Shown here one piece after another: positions 38,042 through 46,666 of a stretch of 64,000 nucleotides of DNA. A model generated the notes under the pieces. That model had not been told where the DNA came from. It did no database searches and saw only the letters and a list, made by a program, of their open reading frames with translations. The position numbers and the translations under genes are program-made. Source of the stretch: Pseudomonadota bacterium (GTDB lineage: Bacteria; Pseudomonadota; Alphaproteobacteria; Reyranellales; Reyranellaceae); assembly GCA_018240745.1 (NCBI GenBank), contig JAFEFF010000210.1, forward strand, positions 8,960-72,959. The letters are read 5' to 3'. How positions within the stretch are numbered: the stretch's first letter is position 1; every line of letters begins with the position of its first letter.

Positions 38042-38992
38042 ATGACGCACGTCAAGAAGCCGCTCACGATTCTGCTCGCCAGTCCGCGCGGCTTCTGCGC
38101 GGGAGTCGAACGCGCGATCCAGATCGTCGAGCGCGCGATCGAGCGCTACGGCCGGCCGGTTTATGTCCGGCACGAGATCGTGCACAATCGCTTCGTGGTC
38201 GAGAGCCTGGAGGCCAAGGGTGCCGTCTTCGTCGAGGAACTCGACGAGGTGCCGGATGACCGGCCGGTGGTATTCTCCGCGCACGGCGTGCCGAAGACCG
38301 TGCCGGCCGAGGCGGCGCGCCGCCAAATGCTCTACCTCGATGCGACCTGCCCGCTGGTCTCCAAGGTCCATCGCGAAGCCGAACGCCATGCCGAGTCGGG
38401 TCGCACCGTCATCCTGATCGGCCATGCCGGCCATCCCGAGGTGGTCGGCACGATGGGCCAGTTGCCGCCGGGCAAGGTGTTGCTGGTCGAGGACGCGGCG
38501 CAGGTCGAGCGGCTTTGCGTGCCCGAGCCGTCGAACCTCGCCTATGCGACGCAGACGACACTGTCGGTCGACGACACGATCGGGATCGTCAGCGCGCTGC
38601 GCCGCCGCTTCCCGGCGATCCAGGGCCCCAAGATGGAAGACATCTGCTACGCGACCACCAACCGCCAGGGTGCGGTCAAGGCGATCGCCGAACGGTGCGA
38701 TGCGCTGGTCGTGATCGGCGCGCCGAACTCGTCGAACTCGATGCGGCTGGTCGAGGTCGCGGCCAGCTACGGCTGCGTCAGGGCGAAGCTGGTGCAGCGC
38801 GCCGCCGACATGGACTGGGCATGGCTGGGCGATGCCGGCCGGCTCGGCATCACCGCCGGCGCCTCGGCCCCCGAGCTGCTGGTCGAGGAGCTGATCGCCG
38901 CCTGCCGCGAACGCTACGAGGTCACGATCGAGGAAATACGCACGACCGACGAGAACATGGTCTTCAAGCTGCCGCGTCAACTGGTGGCTTGA
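38042..38992 (+). CDS. ispH: 4-hydroxy-3-methylbut-2-enyl diphosphate reductase
   Basis: [16 protein letters not shown]...VRHEIVHN...[10 protein letters not shown]...ICYATTNRQ. Confidence 0.93.
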   Translation: MTHVKKPLTILLASPRGFCAGVERAIQIVERAIERYGRPVYVRHEIVHNRFVVESLEAKGAVFVEELDEVPDDRPVVFSAHGVPKTVPAEAARRQMLYLDATCPLVSKVHREAERHAESGRTVILIGHAGHPEVVGTMGQLPPGKVLLVEDAAQVERLCVPEPSNLAYATQTTLSVDDTIGIVSALRRRFPAIQGPKMEDICYATTNRQGAVKAIAERCDALVVIGAPNSSNSMRLVEVAASYGCVRAKLVQRAADMDWAWLGDAGRLGITAGASAPELLVEELIAACRERYEVTIEEIRTTDENMVFKLPRQLVA

Positions 38993-39954
38993 TGGCGGTC
39001 TACACGGAAGTCAGCGACGCCGAGCTCGAGGCCTTTCTCGCGGACTACGACATCGGACAGGCGGAATCCTTCAAGGGCATCGCCGAGGGCGTCGAGAACA
39101 CCAACTACGTGCTGACCACCACGCGCGGCCAAGATCGCAGCCAGTACATGGTGACGCTGTACGAAAAGCGCGTCGACCCGAAGGACCTGCCGTTCTTCCT
39201 CGGCCTGATGGACCACCTCGCCGAGCGCGGCATCAACTGCCCGCGGCCGATCCACGGCAGGGACGGCCAGGCGCTGCGCACGCTGGCCGGCAAGCCCGCC
39301 GCGATCACCACCTTCCTGCAGGGCATGTGGCCGCGCCGCACGACCGTGCGGCATTGCGGGCCGGTGGGCGAGGCGATGGCGGCGCTGCATCTCGCCGGCC
39401 GCGACTTCGCGCTGAAGCGCCCCAACGCGCTCTCGGTGTCCGGCTGGCGGCCGCTGTTCGCCGGCGCGCGGGATCACATCGATCGCGAGCTCGCGCGGGA
39501 GCTCACCGCCGAGCTCGATTTCTTCGACGCCGCCTGGCCGAAGGACTTGCCGGCCGGCGTGATTCATGCCGACCTGTTCAACGACAACGTCTTTTTCCTG
39601 AACGAACGGCTGTCGGGGATCATCGACTTCTACTTCGCCTGCAACGACTTCCTCGCCTACGACGTGGCGATCTGCCTGAACGCCTGGTGCTTCGAGCCGG
39701 ACAACGCCTTCAATGCCACCAAGGCGCGCGCCCTGCTGCAGGGCTACGACAGGGTGCGCACGCTCGATGACGACGAACGCAAGGCGCTGCCGACCCTCGC
39801 GCGCGGCTCGGCGCTGCGCTTCATGCTGACGCGGCTGTACGACTGGGTGCACACCCCGGCCGGCGCGCTGGTGAAGCGCAAGGACCCGAACGAGTATCTC
39901 GCCAGGCTGCGCTTCCACCGCAGCGTGACCTCGCTGGCGGACTACGGCCTGTGA
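38992..39954 (+). CDS. thrB: homoserine kinase (ThrB type II, APH fold)
   Basis: 320 aa starting [22 protein letters not shown], with ...[13 protein letters not shown]...[11 protein letters not shown]. The ATG overlaps the ispH stop. Confidence 0.88.
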   Translation: MAVYTEVSDAELEAFLADYDIGQAESFKGIAEGVENTNYVLTTTRGQDRSQYMVTLYEKRVDPKDLPFFLGLMDHLAERGINCPRPIHGRDGQALRTLAGKPAAITTFLQGMWPRRTTVRHCGPVGEAMAALHLAGRDFALKRPNALSVSGWRPLFAGARDHIDRELARELTAELDFFDAAWPKDLPAGVIHADLFNDNVFFLNERLSGIIDFYFACNDFLAYDVAICLNAWCFEPDNAFNATKARALLQGYDRVRTLDDDERKALPTLARGSALRFMLTRLYDWVHTPAGALVKRKDPNEYLARLRFHRSVTSLADYGL

Positions 39955-40451
39955 GCACGCCGCCCTCGGGTAAGCCGCCCTCGGGTAAGCCGCCCTCTGG
40001 CAAACCGCCCTCTGGCAAACCGGAAGTCGAGCTGTTCACCGACGGCGCCTGCAGCGGCAACCCGGGCCCGGGTGGCTGGGCCGCCATCCTGCGGATGGGC
40101 GAGCGCGAGAAGGAGCTGTCGGGCGGCGATCCGGTCACGACCAACAACAAGATGGAGCTGATGGGCGCGATCTCGGGCCTCGAGGCGCTGAAGCGGCCGT
40201 GCGTGGTGATGCTCTACACCGACAGCCGGTACGTGCTCGACGGCGCCACCAGGTGGATCCACGGCTGGAAAAAGAACGGCTGGCGCACCGCCGACAAGAA
40301 GCCGGTCAAGAACGTCGAGCTGTGGCAGCGCCTCGACGCCGCCGCCAGGCCGCATCGCGTGCACTGGGCCTGGGTGAAGGGCCACAGCGGCCACCCCGAA
40401 AACGACCGCGCCGACGCGCTGGCCCGGGGAGAGATCGCGAAGCTTCGTTGA
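39951..40451 (+). CDS. rnhA: ribonuclease HI with an N-terminal (PPSGK)x4 repeat
   Basis: The GTG start overlaps the thrB stop. The core is [19 protein letters not shown]...TNNKMELMG...YTDSRYV...[11 protein letters not shown]. There is no alternative in-frame start after the repeat. Confidence 0.9.
   Translation: MSTPPSGKPPSGKPPSGKPPSGKPEVELFTDGACSGNPGPGGWAAILRMGEREKELSGGDPVTTNNKMELMGAISGLEALKRPCVVMLYTDSRYVLDGATRWIHGWKKNGWRTADKKPVKNVELWQRLDAAARPHRVHWAWVKGHSGHPENDRADALARGEIAKLR
39960..40019. repeat. 15-bp tandem repeat x4 within the rnhA 5' end
   Basis: CCGCCCTCGGGTAAG x2 followed by CCGCCCTCTGGCAAA x2, in frame. Confidence 0.9.
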
Positions 40452-40461
40452 TCTTGCCGAA

Positions 40462-40523
40462 CCGCGGGCGTCTCGCCCGCTCATAAAGCATGAGGAAGAG
40501 AAGAGCGGGCGGGACGCCCGCGG
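40462..40523. repeat. long hairpin (21-bp stem, one mismatch), REP-family member / bidirectional terminator
   Basis: CCGCGGGCGTCTCGCCCGCTC (40462-40482) pairs with GAGCGGGCGGGACGCCCGCGG (40503-40523). The arm resembles the 28216-28250 element (ACCGCGGGC..GCCCGCTCAT). Confidence 0.7.
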
Positions 40524-40535
40524 TCCGGCGAGAGA

Positions 40536-41180
40536 TCAGCCCTTCTTCGGCGCCGGCTTCTTCTCGACCGGCGGCTTTTCGTAGACCAGGTCGAAGAACT
40601 CCTGCGAGCCGTCGCAGGGATTGTCGCCCTCGGCGAGGCGCCAGACCTGCGACTTGCCGGAGCGGTGGAAGTGCAGAACGCCTGCGACCTTGCACGGCGT
40701 GCCGTTCTGCACCTTGGCGACCCGGAATGCGACCTCGCCGCGCACCGTCACATGGTTGGGCGCGATGCGCTCGACCACCGCGTCGATCGAAGCCCAGTCG
40801 CCCTCGGTGCCGGGCGCCACGCTGTCGAGCCTGCCCTTGATGGTCCACAGCGCGCCCTTGGTGACGACCGCGGTGCCATGCTTGGCGCCCTTGATCCGGG
40901 AATAGCGCCCCCAGACGATGCGAGAGGCGTGCGTGAACATCTCGGCTTCGGCTTCCGAGTCGATCGCGGTGCGCGTCGGCTTGACCTGGTCGGCCGCCAG
41001 CGGCGAGGTGAGGTTGCCGACCGGCGCACCGGTGTCGACTTCGGGCGCCTTCAGGGGCGGCGGCGCCGGATAGAAGGACGACGGCGCGTCGCTGCCGGAA
41101 GAAGACGACGACGACTGGGCGAATGCCGTGCCGGCAAGCACCAGGACGGCGAGCGAGAGGGCGAGACCGAGGCGTTGCAT
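40536..41180 (-). CDS. hypothetical secreted protein
   Basis: 214 aa with a signal peptide (MQRLGLALSLAVLVLAGTAFAQ), a Ser/Pro-rich linker and a Lys-rich C-terminus. I do not recognise a family. Confidence 0.6.
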   Translation of the reverse strand: MQRLGLALSLAVLVLAGTAFAQSSSSSSGSDAPSSFYPAPPPLKAPEVDTGAPVGNLTSPLAADQVKPTRTAIDSEAEAEMFTHASRIVWGRYSRIKGAKHGTAVVTKGALWTIKGRLDSVAPGTEGDWASIDAVVERIAPNHVTVRGEVAFRVAKVQNGTPCKVAGVLHFHRSGKSQVWRLAEGDNPCDGSQEFFDLVYEKPPVEKKPAPKKG

Positions 41181-41214
41181 TGCGGTTGGTCTTAGCTCAC
41201 GCGACGGCTCCTTT

Positions 41215-42024
41215 CTAGCGCTTGGGCGCGACCTCGGGACGACTGGCCGCAGGGGCTGTCGGCAACTCGCCCCTCAAGCCTGCCTCGGCGCGCTTGGCCT
41301 CGACGGTGCCCGGCACCAGCTTCAGCACCCTATGGAAGTCCGCGTTGGCGGCCGTACGCTCGCCACGGGCCAGCAGCGCGAAGCCATGCTCGAGCAGCGC
41401 CCCGGAATGGTCGGGCGCGCTTTGCAGCGCGCGCGCGGCCTCCGCCAGCGCCCGCGTCGGATCGCCGGCATTGCGCCACGCCGCCGCCAGCAACACCCGG
41501 GTCTCGACGTTGCCGGCCTTGAGCTGCAGCGACCGTTCGAAGTCGGAGATGGCGCGCGGCCATTGACCCAGGGTGGCGTAGCTGAGGCCGCGGTCGACCC
41601 ACAGGTCGGGATCGTCGGTCTTGAGCGCCAGCGCCTTGCTCTGCGCCTTCGCCGCGTCCTCCGGCTGGTCGGCTTCGGCCCACGCCTGGCCCGCCTGCGC
41701 CAGCAGCTCGGCGCGGAGGCCCGGCCGCTCGCCGCCCATGTCGCGCTCGATCGCCTCGAGCTGCCGTGCCGCCTGCACGTAGCGACCGGCCTCGAACATG
41801 GCGATCGCCACGCAATGGCGCGCCCCCAGCTCGCCGCCCTCCGCCATCCACTTCTCCGCCGCGGGCAGCGCCTTCAACGGCTCGTGCCGTGCAAGCTTCA
41901 TGCATTCGGTGTAGCGGCGCAGGTGATCGGGCGTCGGCGCGAAGGGGTTGACCTCCTTCTGTTGCGCCAGCGCCGGCAAGGGCGCGGCGAGCGCGGCGAG
42001 AACAAGGGCTTGCCTGAACAACAT
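41215..42024 (-). CDS. TPR-repeat protein with signal peptide
   Basis: 269 aa from the ATG at 42024 (MLFRQALVLAALAAPLPALAQ). It has repeated TPR-like helices (AEADQPEDAAKAQSKALALKTDDPDLWVDRGLSYATLGQW...). The track ORF to 42594 is an extension. Confidence 0.7.
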   Translation of the reverse strand: MLFRQALVLAALAAPLPALAQQKEVNPFAPTPDHLRRYTECMKLARHEPLKALPAAEKWMAEGGELGARHCVAIAMFEAGRYVQAARQLEAIERDMGGERPGLRAELLAQAGQAWAEADQPEDAAKAQSKALALKTDDPDLWVDRGLSYATLGQWPRAISDFERSLQLKAGNVETRVLLAAAWRNAGDPTRALAEAARALQSAPDHSGALLEHGFALLARGERTAANADFHRVLKLVPGTVEAKRAEAGLRGELPTAPAASRPEVAPKR

Positions 42025-42060
42025 GGTTGAAAAGAACCGCGTGCCGGCGATCCTGACAAG

Positions 42061-42936
42061 ATGACCAATCGCCTTTTCGTCTTCGGCCTGGGCTTCAGCG
42101 GCCGCGAGATCGCCCGCCAGGCGAAGGCCGCAGGATGGAGCGTCGCCGGCACGGTGCGCGGCGACGACAAGGCGCAGCAGCTCGCCGCCGAAGGCATCGA
42201 GACGCATCTGTTCGACGGCACGGGTGCGCTGCCCGCGGACGCGTTCGGCGCAACGACGCACGTCCTCTGCACGATCGCGCCGGGCAGCACCGGCGATCCG
42301 GTGCTGAGGCTGTGTGCATCGCTGCTGCGCGGGGCGCGCTGGCTGGGCTATCTCTCGACCACCGGCGTCTACGGCGATCGGGCCGGCGGCTGGGTCGACG
42401 AGACGACGCCAACCAATCCCAGCCAGCCACGCAGCGCCGCGCGGCTGGCGACCGAGCGCGCGTGGCAGGCGATGGGCGCCACCCTCTTCCGCCTGCCCGG
42501 CATCTACGGACCGGGGCGCAGCGCCATCGACCAGGTGAAGGCCGGCACGGCGCGCCGCATCGACAAGCCGGGCCAGGTCTTCTCGCGCATCCATGTCGAG
42601 GACATCGCCGCCACGGTGCTGGCGGCGATCGCGCAGCCTTCGCCCGGCGCCCTCTACAACGTGGCGGACGACCTGCCGGCGTCGACCGCCGACGTCATCG
42701 CCTATGCCTGCGAGCTGCTGGCGGTGCCGGTGCCGCCGCTCGTGCCGTGGGCCGAGATCGCGCCGACCATGAGCGCGATGGCGCGCTCCTTCTACGCCGA
42801 GAACCGCCGCGTCCGGAACGACCGCATCAAGCGCGAGCTCGGCGTCCGGCTACGCTATCCCACCTACCGCGAGGGCCTGCGGGCGTTGGTGGAAGCACAG
42901 CAGGCCGTCGATGCCGGGACCCGGGAGGAGTCGTGA
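42061..42936 (+). CDS. NAD(P)-binding Rossmann (SDR/epimerase-like) protein
   Basis: 291 aa with an N-terminal FVFGLGFSGREIA dinucleotide-binding motif. Confidence 0.75.
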   Translation: MTNRLFVFGLGFSGREIARQAKAAGWSVAGTVRGDDKAQQLAAEGIETHLFDGTGALPADAFGATTHVLCTIAPGSTGDPVLRLCASLLRGARWLGYLSTTGVYGDRAGGWVDETTPTNPSQPRSAARLATERAWQAMGATLFRLPGIYGPGRSAIDQVKAGTARRIDKPGQVFSRIHVEDIAATVLAAIAQPSPGALYNVADDLPASTADVIAYACELLAVPVPPLVPWAEIAPTMSAMARSFYAENRRVRNDRIKRELGVRLRYPTYREGLRALVEAQQAVDAGTREES

Positions 42937-42996
42937 ACCGGTGACTCCATCCCTTTCACAGAAGCCGAGGGCCCGCTGCGGCCAGCGGGAAATCCG

Positions 42997-44565
42997 CTAG
43001 CCGCGCAGTCGCGGGTTCACCAGCCAGCGCTTGAGCGGCCGGCCGCGGCCATCGCGCTCCACTTCGTCGCGCCGCAGCACCCCGAAGTCCTCGAGGCGAA
43101 GCGCGATGCGGTCTGTTTCCGCGGCATCGACCGACTGGCTGAGGGCGTCGCGGCGCAGGTCCTGCCGAGTCACCGACGGCAGGCGGTTCTGGCGCAGCCA
43201 CCGCACCACCTTGCGTGCCTCCCGGTCGCGCTCGGTGCGGCCGGCCCGCGTGAACACCGTGCGCGCGTGCGGCCAGAAGTAGCCGTGCCACAGGTCGATC
43301 GCGCCCGAGAGAGCATCGCGGCCAATCAGCGGAATCGGCATGCCCGGCCCCTGCTCCGACCATCCCAGCACGGTCAGGATGGCGGCCAGGCGCACGACGG
43401 TGCCCTTGCCCTTGCCGAGCCAGCCCGCCTCCAGGCCCTCCGACTGGCGCAGGCGGGCGTGCAGATCGCGCAGGAAGTCGTCGAGCTGAATGAAGGCTTC
43501 GTGATCGAGCGAGAGATGCAACGGGCTGGTGCCGCCGCCAAGGCCGGCGATGCCCTGCAGCCGCGCGAGGGCGCTGTCGTCGTCGGCGAGCCGGGACTCG
43601 CCGATGCCGCAATAGGGCGGCGCATCCGGCCAGGCATAGAGGAAGCGCGCCGCCATGCCGTCGTCGCTGCCCGACAGGGCTTCGGCAATCCGGTCCGGCT
43701 GGATCGATCCGATGACGCTGACCGGGAACCGGCGCAGGTGAAGCGGCCGGTTGCGCGAGCGGCGGTTCACGGTGATGCCGGCTGCCGCCCAGGCTTCCAG
43801 CCAGTGCGCGCGGTCGCTGCCGCCGTTGGCGTAGCGGCCGAGATTGGCGAGCCACGCCGCCAGCTCGTCGCGCCACATGATGACGCCGCGCGGATTTCCC
43901 GACACCACGTCGGCCAGCGCTTCGAGCGTCGCATCGCCCACCACGATCTGCGACGGCACGTACACCTCGTCGAAGTGGGCTTCCAGCGGACGCGGCGGCG
44001 GCGTCTTGCCGTCGGCCAGCGCGGCGGCGCAGCGCTCGCGCCACTTGTCGCCGATCATCTGTGCCTGCTCGCTGCGCGCCTGGTGATCGTTGCACCGCGC
44101 GCCGTCGCGGGCGCGCATCAACTCCTCGATCTGCTCCAGCAGCTTGTGGGTCGCGGCGAGCGCCGGCGACTTGCCGCTCGACGGCCAGCCGACCAGCGCC
44201 TGCCACAGCACCAGCGGCTCGGCCCACGCCGCCGACACGCGCGCCATCACGCCGGCGCCGCACAGCGCGCTCACCGCGGCGAGCAGCGACTGCGCCACGT
44301 AGTCGACCGGCGCGCCCGACGCCTCGGCGCTGGCGCACACCCAGCGATTCCATTCCGGCGACAGAACGCCGATCGGGAACTCCGGCACGACGCCGCGTCC
44401 GTCGTCCATCAGTGTCGGATCGATCTCGGGCCATTCCATTCCGGGCTCGTCGAACACGACGTAGCCGGGCGGCGGTTGGACAGGTTCATGCAACATCACG
44501 ATGCTCCTTGCTGTGGCTGACGCCCGAGCCGCAGCAGCGCGGCGATCCATCGTCAGCGTGTTCAT
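42997..44565 (-). CDS. DUF3987-type P-loop protein (mobile-element replication-associated)
   Basis: 522 aa with a Walker A-like motif (GWPSSGKSPA) and an overall resemblance to DUF3987/YfjI-type proteins that accompany primases in integrative elements. An alternative start at MLHEP is possible. Confidence 0.75.
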   Translation of the reverse strand: MNTLTMDRRAAAARASATARSIVMLHEPVQPPPGYVVFDEPGMEWPEIDPTLMDDGRGVVPEFPIGVLSPEWNRWVCASAEASGAPVDYVAQSLLAAVSALCGAGVMARVSAAWAEPLVLWQALVGWPSSGKSPALAATHKLLEQIEELMRARDGARCNDHQARSEQAQMIGDKWRERCAAALADGKTPPPRPLEAHFDEVYVPSQIVVGDATLEALADVVSGNPRGVIMWRDELAAWLANLGRYANGGSDRAHWLEAWAAAGITVNRRSRNRPLHLRRFPVSVIGSIQPDRIAEALSGSDDGMAARFLYAWPDAPPYCGIGESRLADDDSALARLQGIAGLGGGTSPLHLSLDHEAFIQLDDFLRDLHARLRQSEGLEAGWLGKGKGTVVRLAAILTVLGWSEQGPGMPIPLIGRDALSGAIDLWHGYFWPHARTVFTRAGRTERDREARKVVRWLRQNRLPSVTRQDLRRDALSQSVDAAETDRIALRLEDFGVLRRDEVERDGRGRPLKRWLVNPRLRG

Positions 44566-45157
44566 GGACGGTAAATTATCAATTCAGTCCATTACCATCA
44601 AGATGAACCGAACAGGCCGGAGCGGATTTATTCGAGCCCCGGCAGTCGCTGGCGGGAAATCGGCGGCAATTCCCGCTGACCGCAGCAGGCCCTCGCGCGC
44701 GGCTTAACCGATTTCCCGCTATCCGCTACCCACCCTCCGGCTCGCCAACGAAGGACCGGGAAAGGGCTGAGCCGCTGATGGTGCGGAAGTTCATATGGGC
44801 TACGCTCCGCGCAAAAGAACCGTGGGGAGGACCAAGAGCGATGGCGTCGAGCGAGTCCACGGCCTATCGGATCCTGCGCGAGGCCATCATCGGACGCCGA
44901 TCACTCAGAACCAACTATGGCGATTACGTTCGGTTGTTTTGTCCCTACATGCCCATGATCGACGTTGTCGCTGAAGCTTGAGCGCCTCGTCGAGCCCTCC
45001 TCTCCCGGCGAACCGTAGGGCTAACCAGAGGGGCCGTAGCGGCCAGCGGGAAATGCCGCTCGATAGGCAACCCTGGCAGATCCAGCCGCCGGGGCTTGTC
45101 GGTAAGCCGTGAAACCACGCCCGGTCTCGTACGTTACCGTCTCCCGAGGACAGACCC

Positions 45158-45442
45158 ATGCAGGACAAGCCCAATCTTGCATTGCTGGACGGGCATCAGG
45201 GACGGCTGGCCCGGCTCGAGGCGGCGGTCGAGAGTATGACCCGCACCCGGGTCCAGCTCGAGCGCTCACTACGGCTGATCGCCCGATCCCAGGCGCTCCT
45301 GGCCCAGAAGGTGATCACCCTGCACGAGATCGCGCGCGGACCATCCCGGCAGGGCGCCTGGCCGTCACGAGGGCGCGCTCTTCCAGCGGCGCCGGCGGCG
45401 CGCGAGCCTCTGGTAGACCTCGGCAATCTCGAACAGCAATGA
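45158..45442 (+). CDS. hypothetical small helical protein (3' part doubtful)
   Basis: A GAGGA Shine-Dalgarno lies 7 nt before the ATG. The first 60 or so aa look like a coiled coil (LARLEAAVESMTRTRVQLERSLRLIARSQALLAQ). The tail is Pro/Arg/Ala-rich and overlaps a convergent small ORF. Confidence 0.3.
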   Translation: MQDKPNLALLDGHQGRLARLEAAVESMTRTRVQLERSLRLIARSQALLAQKVITLHEIARGPSRQGAWPSRGRALPAAPAAREPLVDLGNLEQQ

Positions 45443-45544
45443 TCGAAGGTCGGACGCCGGGATCGCCAGCGCCCAGGCCCTGGCCTCGTCCGATCGCCGC
45501 TGCAGGTAACAGGCGGAGTCGAGGCGCTCGTCCTGCTCTCCCAT
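45365..45544 (-). CDS. hypothetical 59-aa protein (below the ORF-track length cut-off)
   Basis: My own translation is MGEQDERLDSACYLQRRSDEARAWALAIPASDLRSLLFEIAEVYQRLARRRRRWKSAPS. It has a helical, protein-like composition but a weak Shine-Dalgarno. Confidence 0.3.
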   Translation of the reverse strand: MGEQDERLDSACYLQRRSDEARAWALAIPASDLRSLLFEIAEVYQRLARRRRRWKSAPS

Positions 45545-45889
45545 CTTCTACCTATCGCAGTCGCTGCGGATATATTCGACCGCAATCTCCAGCCTCTCCG
45601 GATCGGCGACCTTCCCGCAGCGAACGTCGTTCCTGCCGTGCCAGCACAAAGCCCGCATGAATTGGCTCCCGCGAGAAGGTCACACAGGCCAACGTCGTGC
45701 ACGAGGGCACTGTTGCTGCCGGGCGACCGACTGGTACGCCACCGGACGGCGATTGCACTTCTGCGCGTCGCCTCGCACGGCGCTGGCGCATGGTGGACAA
45801 CGGCCATCGGCAGACCATGGGCATCGTCCCGTAGCGACGAATTCCCGCCAACCGCAGCGGCGGCTCTGGAGAGCCGCGCTCCCGGCGCG

Positions 45890-46645
45890 CTAGTGCGCCA
45901 GCTCCTCGACCATGGCGACCAGGCGGGCGATGTCGGCGGGTGTGCTGAGGCGGTGATCGCCGTGTTTGACGAAAGTGGTGATCACCTCCGGCGCCTCGAG
46001 ATGCTCGGCGATCCGCAGCGAATAGTCCCACGGCACGTCGGGGTCACGCTGGCCGTGCAGCAGCCGCACCGGACAGGGCAGCGCCAGCGGCTTGTCGAGC
46101 ACCAGGTGATTGCGACCCTCCTCGATCAGCTTCCAGGTGAAGACCGACGGCTCGGGTGAATATTGCGACGGTCGCTCCAGCCGGCCCTCGCGCTGCAAGG
46201 TCGCGCGGTCCTCGGGCGACAGGCCGGTGAGCAGCATGCGCTCGGTGAAGTCGGGTGCGGCGGCGATCAGCACCAGCCCGGCCAGCCGCGAGGGCCGCTT
46301 CAACGCCACCAGCAGCGCCAGCCAGCCGCCCATGCTCGAGCCCACCAATACCAGCCGCCCTGCGGTTCTTGAATCGATCACCGCCAACGAATCGTCGAGC
46401 CAGCGGCCGATCGTGCCGTCCTCGAAGCGGCCCGACGATTGGCCGTGACCGAGATAGTCGAAGCGGAGGTAGGAGCGCCCGGTGAGCTGGGCCCAGCTCT
46501 CCAGGGCCATCGCCTTGGTGCCCGTCATGTCCGAGCGGAAGCCGCCCAGGAACACCACGGTGGGCTCGCTGCCCTCGGTCCGCGCAAAGGCCACGGTGTT
46601 GCCATCGGGCCGCTGCAGCCGCTCGACCCTGTTTCCGTTGTCCAT
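45890..46645 (-). CDS. alpha/beta hydrolase
   Basis: 251 aa with a nucleophile elbow (GSSMGG) and HG-type oxyanion context (VVFLGGFRSDM). Confidence 0.85.
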   Translation of the reverse strand: MDNGNRVERLQRPDGNTVAFARTEGSEPTVVFLGGFRSDMTGTKAMALESWAQLTGRSYLRFDYLGHGQSSGRFEDGTIGRWLDDSLAVIDSRTAGRLVLVGSSMGGWLALLVALKRPSRLAGLVLIAAAPDFTERMLLTGLSPEDRATLQREGRLERPSQYSPEPSVFTWKLIEEGRNHLVLDKPLALPCPVRLLHGQRDPDVPWDYSLRIAEHLEAPEVITTFVKHGDHRLSTPADIARLVAMVEELAH

Positions 46646-46666
46646 GGCGTGTTACGTGCCATAGCC

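Larger units (their letters stand above)
42937..45889. mobile_element. probable decayed integrative-element remnant (no integrase seen)
   Basis: This interval between the core SDR and hydrolase genes holds one intact DUF3987 gene plus about 1.3 kb without convincing ORFs. It has a locally lower-GC promoter-like stretch, a 16-nt direct repeat (42978 and 45039) and six copies of GCGGGAA(A)T. Confidence 0.35.

Noticed and set aside
45109-45660. 183-aa plus-strand ORF and the 203-aa and 159-aa minus-strand ORFs in the remnant region
   Set aside because: The translations are Arg/Pro/Gly/Ser-rich with no motifs and overlap each other in several frames. They are treated as non-coding or decayed sequence.
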